The notes: generated from the sequence alone by a model not told the origin. A stretch of DNA of 64,000 nt from an uncultured delta proteobacterium (GCA_963845145.1 CAWJQU010000016.1:60689-124688); one strand, 5' to 3'; shown: positions 40,977-50,365, counted from the first letter of the stretch. Made by a program: numbers and translations.

Positions 40977-41650
40977 CGCGACCATTTGGATAAAATTAAT
41001 CTTCTACAACTATCCTTGAAGCGATATCGTACAGGACCGTTAGGATGATTCATTGGTCAGTATGCAACTTCGTTGTCGATAAAGGGGAATTGGATTCGAA
41101 TCTGAAATTTATCTAAGGGGACCTTCAAATATTTGGATGCTGCATATTAAAGACAACTTTTTGGCATATCCTCCATTATTTGGCATATCTTCCATATTTT
41201 CTTCAGTAAATCCCCCCCCCCAAAAAAAACAAGAACGGTATATCCTGAGCAAAAATAACTGAATAGGGCTGCGGGTAATCGGTTATAATCGCTAAAACGA
41301 GAGTGTATTAAAATCGGATTGTATTAAAATGCAGTCGTGTTGTATATAAATACAACCGACTTGAAAATATTTGGTTTTATTCTTGCATAAACGTGTTGTG
41401 ATCGTTTTTGCTTTTTGTTCTTTGTAATTCAAACCAGGTAGCTATGCGAATAAGACGGAACGCAATTAGTTTTGGAGTTATCCATTTAACTTCTCAATAT
41501 TCCTTTAATATTTAACTAAAATATGGCCGGGATTGCTCTTTACAGGGCTCAATCTTTTTATTAAAGTGATTATTCGAAGAGCGAACATATCCCAATAGAT
41601 TACAGATAATCTTGAACCGGCGCGACTGGATGAAATAGAGCTTTCTGAAG

Positions 41651-42838
41651 ATGATAAACCTTTTAATTGTAGATCACAATTTAAACTGGATCACCGAAGT
41701 CAAAGAATTTTACAGTGATACATCATCTCTGTTTAATGTCGGCGCAGCGCTTAACAGCAAAGAGGCCATTCAAATATTTGAGAAGGATCCCATCGATTTG
41801 GCTGTTGTCAATTTGAAAGTGCCTGATATGGATGGGGTCGATCTTATCGATCATTTTAAAAACCATCGTTCCGATATCCCGGTTGTCGTAATTGCTGCTT
41901 CCGATTCGCAACAACAGTCAAAGACTCAACAATTGGAACCCTTCTCAATTTTAACTGAGCCGGTTGACTTTAATCTTTTGAATCAAATTATTAACACCGA
42001 ATTAAAACAGGGTGCCCAAAAAGGGTTTATTAATGACGTATCGCCGGCAAGCTTTCTCCAAATTATTGAAATGGAAGAAAAGACCTGCTTAATAGAATTG
42101 GACGGAGGCGGAGAAAAAAAAGGACATTTCTATTTTGATAGAGGTGTGTTGCATAATGCCCTGTATAGGGATGTGACGGGTGATACGGCCGCCATGGAGA
42201 TGCTTTCTTGGGGGAAGGTTAAAATATCTTTCATAAAATTACCAAGAGAGAAGACTGAAAGGCGGATATACACCGATACGATGAAACTAATTCTGGCATC
42301 TACTGAAATTCGTCAGAACACAACCGAGCCGCCTCAAACGCTACCTTCTCATACGGACCAGAAAACTGAGGACATAAACGCCGTAGAACCTGCTGCACGT
42401 GAAAAACAAGAGCCGCTCAAAGCCCCGGTAGGGCTTGAGGTGCTAAAACGATATGGTAATTTCAAGGGATTTCTTGGAATCGGACTTTTTACGAATCTCG
42501 GACGCCCTGTCATTTGCCATACGGTTGGAGATATTGATTTGAGTCAGGCGGGAAATTCTCTCGCCATGATTGCGAGTGATGCGATCAGTTCTTCCGGAAA
42601 TCTTAAATCGGATTTTGCCCAAAATATCTATTTTGAAACCGATAGCGTTTGTGTGATGTCTGCTTCTACCGATGGTGGACCTGTGTCCAAATCCAATGAT
42701 AAGATAACAAAGTTTCATATTATAATGGTCGCTTCGACCGGCGTCCCGATCGGGCTCGTGAAAATAAAGTTCGAAAAAGCTAAAAGCAGTCTTTATAAGG
42801 AACTAATGGAAAATGATCCGATTGTGTTTCAAAATTAA
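41651..42838 (+). CDS. Pseudo-receiver plus DUF4388 (PATAN-like) plus C-terminal Roadblock-like fusion protein
   Basis: REC fold LLIVDH...DLAVVNLKVPDMDG...LTEPVD; DUF4388 FLQIIEMEEKTC...GHFYFDRGVLHNA...MLSW; Roadblock-like tail KGFLGIGLFTNLG...IGLVKIK. Confidence 0.8.
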   Translation: MINLLIVDHNLNWITEVKEFYSDTSSLFNVGAALNSKEAIQIFEKDPIDLAVVNLKVPDMDGVDLIDHFKNHRSDIPVVVIAASDSQQQSKTQQLEPFSILTEPVDFNLLNQIINTELKQGAQKGFINDVSPASFLQIIEMEEKTCLIELDGGGEKKGHFYFDRGVLHNALYRDVTGDTAAMEMLSWGKVKISFIKLPREKTERRIYTDTMKLILASTEIRQNTTEPPQTLPSHTDQKTEDINAVEPAAREKQEPLKAPVGLEVLKRYGNFKGFLGIGLFTNLGRPVICHTVGDIDLSQAGNSLAMIASDAISSSGNLKSDFAQNIYFETDSVCVMSASTDGGPVSKSNDKITKFHIIMVASTGVPIGLVKIKFEKAKSSLYKELMENDPIVFQN

Positions 42839-42927
42839 GATGATATTCGGGACCCTGCCGATATTCACTATGGTTAATCCTAATCGTTTCGTTGGCCATT
42901 CATGCTTGACCGCGTAAAACTAAAAAA

Positions 42928-43305
42928 ATGAATAATATCGAATCAAAATTAGAAAAATTAGAACAGGTTGATGGGTTTATCGCCGCGGGCGCCGTGGATG
43001 TTGAGGGTAAGTTGATGGCACATTATACTCCTGTAAAAAAAATAAAATGGGACGATATTTGCGATATTTCCGATAAGGTGCTAACCAGAACGCAAATGCT
43101 CGCCGGTACTATCGGTATCGGCACGCCCCTTTTTGTGCAAATTACATCCTCAGGAGGGCACATACTATCCCAGTGCTTATCGGATATCTCGGATTCAAAC
43201 GGTTCGTCGATCAACCGGGTTATCCTTTTTTTAGACACCGAGGGCAATACCGCCCTTGGAAAGGTGAAGCTTCGCGCCCTCGTGAAGGAAATGTCAAACC
43301 TTTGA
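42928..43305 (+). CDS. Roadblock/LC7 (MglB)-like protein
   Basis: LEQVDGFIAAGAVDVEGKLMA ... DTEGNTALGKVKLR; 125 aa, typical size and pattern. Confidence 0.7.
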   Translation: MNNIESKLEKLEQVDGFIAAGAVDVEGKLMAHYTPVKKIKWDDICDISDKVLTRTQMLAGTIGIGTPLFVQITSSGGHILSQCLSDISDSNGSSINRVILFLDTEGNTALGKVKLRALVKEMSNL

Positions 43306-43473
43306 GGGGATGTTTCAGATTTATTGATGTTAATTTTAGTACCCACCGCTTGGCTATCTCGGTCGGGCGGTCGTTTCATGCCATCTATGGCAAGCTCGAT
43401 GAGTAGGGACACGTATTGTATTCATTGTCGAAGACGGAGTTGAAAGTATTAACAATCAATTAGAGGTGATGTA

Positions 43474-43839
43474 ATGACTGATGGCGGAAAAACCTCCACA
43501 GATTATCTGGAAGAGTTGTTAACGCTGGAAAGTGTCAATGCAGTAGTTGTGATCGGGAGAGACGGCTTCGTGATTGAGTCTGTCGGTGGCGCTAGGGCAA
43601 TAGAACTCGACGCTTTGGGTGCGTCCGTAGCCGGCGCGATCATGAGAATCGAGAATATGGGTTCTGAATTGGAGATCGATGCGTATAAGGACTTATTTGT
43701 CGAATTTGGGAAGGCCATGATCATGTGCGCGCCCGTTGGTGATGCCCTTGTCACTGTGGTTGCCTCGGACGCCTCCTCACTGGGAATGATCCGCTATAAA
43801 TTCAAAAAAATGATGCCAGCATTAGAAGAATTCTTCTAA
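43474..43839 (+). CDS. Roadblock/LC7 (MglB) domain protein
   Basis: VNAVVVIGRDGFVIES, DALGA, VEFGKAMIM and SLGMIRY; canonical pattern with GAGGTG RBS. Confidence 0.88.
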   Translation: MTDGGKTSTDYLEELLTLESVNAVVVIGRDGFVIESVGGARAIELDALGASVAGAIMRIENMGSELEIDAYKDLFVEFGKAMIMCAPVGDALVTVVASDASSLGMIRYKFKKMMPALEEFF

Positions 43840-43852
43840 AAGGGAGAGAAAA

Positions 43853-44368
43853 ATGGACTTGAAGGTCGATTTCACGTTTGATGATAAAACGTACAGACAC
43901 TACATGAACGGGTTCATGTCGGTTCTGCATTGTCACCATTACTTGTGCTTGACTACCAAACTGGCCAAGGATTTTGATGATTTGGGCGGCATCCAAATCT
44001 TAAAAGAGGTGGCTGAAGATACAATCCGGCCACTGTTTGACGATTATATTCTTAAAAACAACGTTGCTTCAGTCGAGGATAGGATTTCAGTTGGCGTCGG
44101 TTATTATGCCTTAATGGGGCTCGGCAAAATGAAAGTCAGCACCAACGAGCAAGGGGGAAAGGTCGAGTTGCCTCGGTCTCATGTGGATCAGGGGTGGCTA
44201 AAAAAATGGGGTAAAAGCGAAGAGCATGTCAACTATTTCACTTGTGGCTATATCGCCGCAATGTTTGCCGCGGCCACCAATAAGCCGGCCAGAAGTTTTT
44301 CGGTAATTGAGATCGAGAGTATCGCCACCGGGAGCGTGGCCAGCCTTTTGGAGGTCAAGACGGCATAG
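43853..44368 (+). CDS. V4R (4-vinyl reductase/Bet3-like fold) domain protein with HCHH motif
   Basis: VLHCHHY, YALMGLGK, NYFTCGYIAAMF and V.EIESIATG; resembles the V4R GxG...Gxxxg...vxExxCxaxG pattern. Confidence 0.7.
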   Translation: MDLKVDFTFDDKTYRHYMNGFMSVLHCHHYLCLTTKLAKDFDDLGGIQILKEVAEDTIRPLFDDYILKNNVASVEDRISVGVGYYALMGLGKMKVSTNEQGGKVELPRSHVDQGWLKKWGKSEEHVNYFTCGYIAAMFAAATNKPARSFSVIEIESIATGSVASLLEVKTA

Positions 44369-44380
44369 GAGGATTCTACA

Positions 44381-44962
44381 ATGACGGTCATGCGAGATGA
44401 AGTTGTTAAAAAATTAGCGGATTTGAATGTAAAAGGGGATGAAGACGGCCTGATACCGAGTTTTGATGTGCTCGTGAATCAACTGCCCGCCTCTTTTTGG
44501 AACACTTTCGCAGAACGTATTTTGGAGGCGGCCCCCCCGGATAGAAAACAAGAGGTGGAGGCGGCTTTGGTGAATTGTGCTTACGAATGCGGGTACCATA
44601 CGGGCTATGGCATTATCAATTCCGATGAGTTTAAGGAGGTGGTAATGCCCATGGTAACGGAAGGGGCCAAGGACGTGCTGCGTGGCGCTTATGCCGTGTT
44701 CACTGCCTGGGGATGGGCCAAGTCCGGTATCGCTCAGATCAAAGAGGGCGAAAAAATGATTGTCCGGTCAACCGATTATTACGAATCGGACGGAGATCCG
44801 GGTGATAAAAGGGCGTTTATGATTCGCGGCGTCAGCGCGGCCTTTTTCGAACTGGCTTATGCCGATGCCTATCCGGACGGGATGGATACATTTACCTGTA
44901 ATCAAAATAAAGGAATTGAGTGTGGCGATGACTTCGGTGAATTTATTGTCACCAAAAAATAA
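44381..44962 (+). CDS. V4R domain protein
   Basis: ECGYHTGYG, AWGWAK, FMIRGVSAAFF and CNQNKGIECGDDFGEF. Confidence 0.72.
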   Translation: MTVMRDEVVKKLADLNVKGDEDGLIPSFDVLVNQLPASFWNTFAERILEAAPPDRKQEVEAALVNCAYECGYHTGYGIINSDEFKEVVMPMVTEGAKDVLRGAYAVFTAWGWAKSGIAQIKEGEKMIVRSTDYYESDGDPGDKRAFMIRGVSAAFFELAYADAYPDGMDTFTCNQNKGIECGDDFGEFIVTKK

Positions 44963-45007
44963 AACACCGGATTCTCATCCTCATAGAATATTTTTTTATG
45001 GAACCCA

Positions 45008-45412
45008 TTGTCTGAGGAGTTATCTTTGGCTAAATCGGAAATAAGACTTAAAAAAATTCATGATCACATGGCCACCCATCTCAAAGGATACGTGGCTTCG
45101 GCGGTTGTTGATTTAGAAGATGGTTTGTCAATGTCGAAATTGTGTGTCGACGAAACGCTGGACAGTGATGCCATTTCGGCCTATGTGGCCAATATTGTCA
45201 AATCACATACGACGGCAACCAAGATCATTCCGGGAACGCGGGCAACTGATGATATATCTTTTACCACAGATATGAACTATTTCATCGTTCGAATCTTCCC
45301 TGAGCATCAAATCTTTTTTTATGTCATGACGGAAAAAACCGGCCAGTTGGAATTTAAACGCAAGATCATAGAAAAATATGGGAATCTGGTGATGAAAAGT
45401 GTGATAAAATAA
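45008..45412 (+). CDS. Roadblock-like protein
   Basis: KGYVASAVVDLEDGLSM, DAISAY, DDISFTTDMNYFIVR and FFYVM. TTG start uncertain. Confidence 0.68.
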   Translation: MSEELSLAKSEIRLKKIHDHMATHLKGYVASAVVDLEDGLSMSKLCVDETLDSDAISAYVANIVKSHTTATKIIPGTRATDDISFTTDMNYFIVRIFPEHQIFFYVMTEKTGQLEFKRKIIEKYGNLVMKSVIK

Positions 45413-45416
45413 ACCT

Positions 45417-45480
45417 GTCGATTCGATAACTTGGCGTATGGTAGTTCTCCTTGATACCATCAACGCCCCAAGTATTCGAC
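45417..45480. terminator. Long imperfect hairpin just after the Roadblock/V4R operon
   Basis: GTCGA/TCGAC, ACTTGG/CCAAGT, CGT/ACG and ATGGTA/TACCAT nested pairings. No U-tract. Confidence 0.4.
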
Positions 45481-45856
45481 TACCCAGTGAAAGTCATCGT
45501 CTGAGACAACCTGGTGGCTTCTAAGGGTTTGTATATCGCCACTGACATTCAATTGATATGAGCCTTCTTCTGCTGTGCGGATGGAGGCTCGCTGTTTTAG
45601 GGTAAAACAAAAATCCCCTCCATGACCCCATTTAACCGCCGGACTGCTTATATGCTGTTTCCCAGGACATTGAATATTCTCCTAACAGATCCTGTGAGAA
45701 TTCTTAACTTTCTGCTTGCTGTTTTGTAAAATTGTGACTACAGATATCTACTGTCCGGGGTAATGCTCCGGCAGGTTAAAAAAGCCGAGTCGGCAACCGG
45801 TCTGAGCGGCTTATAAGAGCGTGTGTTTTGGCACAGGACTCGAATACAATCGTAAT

Positions 45857-46837
45857 ATGATCTCTGAGCACCAAACAGCTTCCCAGTTGCCAGGGCGAGA
45901 TTCAGGGCGACCTGTTCGCTTTCTGCTTATCTCCCTGAGTATCGCATTCGCATTAGTCTGCGTACTCCATACGACTATTGCACTGAGCGGCGACGCCAAT
46001 GAGGCGCGCAAGAAGCTTAACGACGAGTACATTCCCTTCACCCTAGAGAGGTTTTTACACTACGTATTCATGAACAAGGTGAAGATCGTCGAGCTTTTCC
46101 TCGAAGGTGGAATATCCCTTGATACCACCGACTCACAGGGTAGGGGCGCCCTTCATTTCGCGGCCGGTAATGGAGATGGTGAGATCCTTGGCTTGCTTCT
46201 GGAGCGAGGCGCAGCCGTTAACCAAGGCGATAAAAACGGTACGACACCTCTCTGCGTTGCCGCTGGCAAAGGGCATGTGAACAACGTGAAGGTGCTCCTT
46301 CGCGCAAACGCCGACATAGGCACTCTTTGCGGTGTTGATATGAACACACCGTTACATATTGCCGCCTCCGACGGCCACGGCTCAGTTGTGAAGGTTCTCA
46401 TCGAGGCAGGCGCTGCTTTAGAGACAGGGAATCGTGTTTTGGACACTCCCCTCCACGCAGCCGTCCGCGGCAACAATAAGTTGATCCTTCAATTTCTCGT
46501 CAAAGCGGGATCTGATGTGTCGGCCAAGAACCGTTCGGGTGAAACCCCTCTACATAGAGCCGTTTGGAGACAAAGCGCGACCATGGTCAAAGCACTCCTG
46601 ACCGCCGGCGCTCCGCTCGAGGCCCGGAACGCGAGAGGCGCTACGCCGCTGTGGCAGGCGGCCAACTTCGATGCGGCAGAGATGGCTCAGCTCCTCATCG
46701 AAGCAGGTGCAGACCCAAAGGCAAAAGCGTCCGATGGGGAGACGCCCATGCAAATTGCAAAGAGGGCTCGTTCGGCGCGTGTCATCGAGATCCTGCGCAA
46801 CGCACACCGCACAAGTGACGCCGTATCTGCAGACTGA
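45857..46837 (+). CDS. Exported or membrane-anchored ankyrin repeat protein
   Basis: About 7 repeats (GRGALHFAA, GTTPLCVAA, NTPLHIAA, DTPLHAAV, GETPLHRAV, GATPLWQAA, GETPMQIA) after an N-terminal hydrophobic segment. Confidence 0.9.
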   Translation: MISEHQTASQLPGRDSGRPVRFLLISLSIAFALVCVLHTTIALSGDANEARKKLNDEYIPFTLERFLHYVFMNKVKIVELFLEGGISLDTTDSQGRGALHFAAGNGDGEILGLLLERGAAVNQGDKNGTTPLCVAAGKGHVNNVKVLLRANADIGTLCGVDMNTPLHIAASDGHGSVVKVLIEAGAALETGNRVLDTPLHAAVRGNNKLILQFLVKAGSDVSAKNRSGETPLHRAVWRQSATMVKALLTAGAPLEARNARGATPLWQAANFDAAEMAQLLIEAGADPKAKASDGETPMQIAKRARSARVIEILRNAHRTSDAVSAD

Positions 46838-46873
46838 AGCCTTTCTCTCCCAATGTAACCACAGGAGGAAACG

Positions 46874-48415
46874 ATGCGACGAATTGTAACGCTTCTTACC
46901 CTTGTTTGCGTTATGCTCCTTTTAACTTCTCCACTCGAGGCGAGGACCAAACGGGAAGAGGCCCAACGTCTCATGAAAAAGCTGGCTAAGAGTCGGGATG
47001 TCAGTGTCCGTGCCAGCGCCGCCTGGCAGCTGGGCCAGATGGGGGCCACCGATGCAGTCCCAGCGCTCATTGCCGCCCTTGACGACAAGAACAGGTCGGT
47101 TCGAGCAAATGCCGCGGGATCTCTGTGGAACCTTGGAGACGTCTCAAGGCCCGCGATACCGGTGCTTAAAAAGGCCCTCTTGGATCCGTATGCCGGCGTT
47201 GTTAGCAACGCAGCTGGCGCGCTGGTGATGCTAGGCGTACCCAAGGTCGAGCTTACGCCAACTTACAAACGCCTGCTTTTGGAGGAGAAGTGTCGATTTC
47301 GAATCCAAGGGCTCAAAGGTCTCATGGGGCATGTCCCACCATCGGAGCTTTTCCACGATGCGCTTGAGTGCTCACGCGAGGGTGATTTAAAAAACAGATT
47401 TGCGGCAGGTGACGTCCTTCGTAAACTGATGGACAAAAACGACAAGACGATGATCCCTCTCATTCTTGAAGCCCTGAAAGAGTCTGGCGACCAACATATC
47501 ACGGATCTGGTGCTGGCCATTGTTCGATACAAGCCGTATGTGACCGAGGCTGTGCCTATTCTCGAGAAGTTCCTCAGCTCGTCGGATCCGAATACCCGGC
47601 GTATTGCCGCTTCGGGCCTTGGATCCATGAAAAAGACTGCACGGAATACGCTGCCGGCCTTGATTAAGCGCCTCGAGTCGGATACCGATGCCGATGTGCG
47701 GGAGAATGCCGCCGAGGCTATCGGTAACATCGGGGAAAATGCTAAAGTGGCTGTTCCCGCGCTGATTCGTGCAGCAAAGGAGGACCGGTGGCCGAAAGTC
47801 CGGAAAGCGACAATTCAAGCCCTAGGTGAGTTTAGGGCGGAAGCACATCAGGCCATCCCGGTTCTCAACGAGGCCCTCAATGATCCCGATATTCACATTC
47901 GTAACTCAGCCCGCAATGCCCTTTTCCGGGTGGATCCGGAAAACAAGTCCGCAGTCACCAGCGTATCCCCAGCCAAAACGTCATCTGCGAAGGCCGGCAG
48001 CAACTTGTTTAAAAATGTCACGGGGCTTGCGGAAACTTTTGCCGGTAAGCTCCCCGAAGTGGTCGAGCTTATCATCTACGAAAGCTTTGCCATCGCGACC
48101 GCCCCCGAACCAACGAGCCAAAATGGATACGGCCGTTTCACCTATCGCGCCGGGGCCGTCACCGGACCGGATGATGGACGGGCTAATTGTAAAAAGACGT
48201 TCCGTTTTGCCGACATCGACTTTTCAATATTGCCCCGGCTGGTAAAAGAGGCGCCGGTTATCGCGGAAAAACCGAATGCCAGCATCTCTCACGTCAGTTT
48301 GGGCCGCGGCGTTTTCTGCAAGAAGGTAGGCTGGTATATCTATGTAAAAGACGGATCAAAATTTGGTATCGTCCAGTTCAATCTCGACGGCAAACTGGAA
48401 AGCGTCACTCAATAA
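46874..48415 (+). CDS. Secreted HEAT (PBS-lyase-like) repeat protein with a distinct C-terminal domain
   Basis: Signal peptide MRRIVTLL...LEA; repeats VRASAAWQLG, AVPALIAALDD..VRANAA, VRENAAEAIG and VRKATIQALG; AGGAGG RBS. Confidence 0.88.
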   Translation: MRRIVTLLTLVCVMLLLTSPLEARTKREEAQRLMKKLAKSRDVSVRASAAWQLGQMGATDAVPALIAALDDKNRSVRANAAGSLWNLGDVSRPAIPVLKKALLDPYAGVVSNAAGALVMLGVPKVELTPTYKRLLLEEKCRFRIQGLKGLMGHVPPSELFHDALECSREGDLKNRFAAGDVLRKLMDKNDKTMIPLILEALKESGDQHITDLVLAIVRYKPYVTEAVPILEKFLSSSDPNTRRIAASGLGSMKKTARNTLPALIKRLESDTDADVRENAAEAIGNIGENAKVAVPALIRAAKEDRWPKVRKATIQALGEFRAEAHQAIPVLNEALNDPDIHIRNSARNALFRVDPENKSAVTSVSPAKTSSAKAGSNLFKNVTGLAETFAGKLPEVVELIIYESFAIATAPEPTSQNGYGRFTYRAGAVTGPDDGRANCKKTFRFADIDFSILPRLVKEAPVIAEKPNASISHVSLGRGVFCKKVGWYIYVKDGSKFGIVQFNLDGKLESVTQ

Positions 48416-48496
48416 TGATGCTACTTTCCTGGGATACCATCATGTGAACGGGGGTGATTCATCGGTGAATTTTTCGGGATACTGTTCGATATTTTA

Positions 48497-50263
48497 TTAT
48501 TTTATAGAATTATTCGTGTCCGGAATTCGATGCTGCATCCGGCTTAACCAGATCTGATCAATACGGTGAGGGATTTGACGCGGCTGAATTCGGATCGTGT
48601 GGTCTCCGGTATGATTCAACACAACGGTCACAGGATCATCCGTATCACCGGCCCAGCCATAGACACCGGCCGGGTGGACATCCAGCCAATTACCCATCCG
48701 GACGCTATTGGTTTCGGCCCCGATTTGATCATCCACTTGCACCCAAACCGAATCCGTATATCCGTCGTTTTGGTCAGTTTTGCCCCTTAACCAGACGAAA
48801 TACTTTCCTGCCGGTGCCGCAAACCGCATCTCGACATACACCGTCGGGTGAGCTTCGGCACGCTGGTTGGCTCCTTCGATAAACTCGATCGCCTGATCAA
48901 TGGAAGCTGTCTCGTCTTTTACCACTCGAACACCGGTGGCCGATCGATCGGTGATGGATTGGGCATTTAAGAGGATATCCATTTTAGCATCGTATTGGAT
49001 AGGCATCGGTGAGCGGCTGCTGACACCTTGTATAACGGCAAATACGATCAGCCCGATATAGATGCCATGGAGGATGACGAGGGCGCTTTTTTTTCGAAAA
49101 AGATCGAAAAAGGCGTGGGTTGTGTTCATCCCGAATAAAAAGCGCAACGGCTCAAGTTTTCGAATAATGAGCGTCACCAGGGCGAAGATGACAATGAAGG
49201 CAGTGATAAAAACAATCACCCATTTTAAGGCGTCATGGATCTCCCAATTCATGACGAAGTATCCGATAAACAACAAAACCGTCTGGTGCAGAATATAAAA
49301 AGGCATCACACCTTCATTGGCGGATCGCAGAAAGGGGTGATCAAAAACCAAATATTTCATGCTGAACCCGAGAATGGCAAATAGCCAACACCAGGCACTG
49401 AAAAAAGAGAGCAGGGCGGACATCCAGGCACTGATCCCGGCCGAAAAAACCAAGGGTGACGGGCCAATGGCTTGATACAGATGGGCGGTTGATAAGATGA
49501 TGCCCAAAAAAAGCGATACCCAACGCTGGCTTGTTATAATTTGCTGGAGTCGGTCACTGGATAGGATGATAAAACCTGATATCAGAAACCAGAAATAGGA
49601 TAGAAATCCCCAGCCCCCGTTGCCGACATCGAAAACCGACGCTGGAATAATGACTTTCATCATCAACAGCGGAAGCGTAAAACCGATATAGATCCATCCC
49701 GGTATGGCAAAAAAAGAGGTGATTCGGTTGAGAACCTTACTGCCGTTTCCTTTTAACCAAATAAACAGGCGATAGCAGATAAGCGTGTAGACAAATAAAA
49801 AGAGCAGGTACCAGAGGTGCATGCCGTGAAAGGCAAAATTTCCCGGCATGCCGATCCCCAAATAGACCCCGTTGAAATAGTCGGGTATAAACGAAAAAAA
49901 GGATCCTGAGAATTGACCGTGCGATATCCGTTCCAGGTATACTTGCAACGCGCAATGTGTCACCGAACCAATGATAACCGGAATCATCAACCGCAGAAAT
50001 TTTTCCACATAGAACTTGGCCCAACCTCCGGGTTTTTCAATGGCATAGAACAAGCTTGCCCCGGAGATGATGAAAAAAAGGGGCATCATCCAGCGGCTGA
50101 CAAAAACATTCCATAGCTCCACCCAGAGATAGAGGTCGACATTCTTAACGTGCCATACGACAAGATCGAAAAACCGTGTGCTATGGTAGAGAAAAACGAC
50201 CAAAATGGCCAAAACGCGCAACCAGTCCAGATCATATCTTCGAACAGGTGGTTTGGCATTCAT
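48497..50263 (-). CDS. Acyltransferase-3 (OpgC/MdoC-like) membrane protein fused to an extracytoplasmic beta-sandwich domain
   Basis: RRYDLDWLR, MPLFFIISG, HLWYL and PFYILHQ; then an extra TM and a domain with GKYFVWLRG..DSVWVQVD..GDHTIRI..RIDQIWL. Confidence 0.85.
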   Translation of the reverse strand: MNAKPPVRRYDLDWLRVLAILVVFLYHSTRFFDLVVWHVKNVDLYLWVELWNVFVSRWMMPLFFIISGASLFYAIEKPGGWAKFYVEKFLRLMIPVIIGSVTHCALQVYLERISHGQFSGSFFSFIPDYFNGVYLGIGMPGNFAFHGMHLWYLLFLFVYTLICYRLFIWLKGNGSKVLNRITSFFAIPGWIYIGFTLPLLMMKVIIPASVFDVGNGGWGFLSYFWFLISGFIILSSDRLQQIITSQRWVSLFLGIILSTAHLYQAIGPSPLVFSAGISAWMSALLSFFSAWCWLFAILGFSMKYLVFDHPFLRSANEGVMPFYILHQTVLLFIGYFVMNWEIHDALKWVIVFITAFIVIFALVTLIIRKLEPLRFLFGMNTTHAFFDLFRKKSALVILHGIYIGLIVFAVIQGVSSRSPMPIQYDAKMDILLNAQSITDRSATGVRVVKDETASIDQAIEFIEGANQRAEAHPTVYVEMRFAAPAGKYFVWLRGKTDQNDGYTDSVWVQVDDQIGAETNSVRMGNWLDVHPAGVYGWAGDTDDPVTVVLNHTGDHTIRIQPRQIPHRIDQIWLSRMQHRIPDTNNSIK

Positions 50264-50365
50264 AGGAAACAACCTCACAGGTATTAACGTCTTTTTTATC
50301 CATTCATAGCCGTTGTTTGATCTCCAAAACCCTATTTTAATAATCAAGCCTCTCCCTCTATTCTC

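Noticed and set aside
41212..41229. Poly-C/poly-A tract as a phase-variation site
   Set aside because: It is intergenic with no clear link to promoter spacing, and homopolymer lengths are unreliable in this assembly.
45417..45480. Integron attC site or 6S RNA
   Set aside because: It lacks RYYYAAC/GTTRRRY ends, and is too short and lacks the central bubble of 6S.
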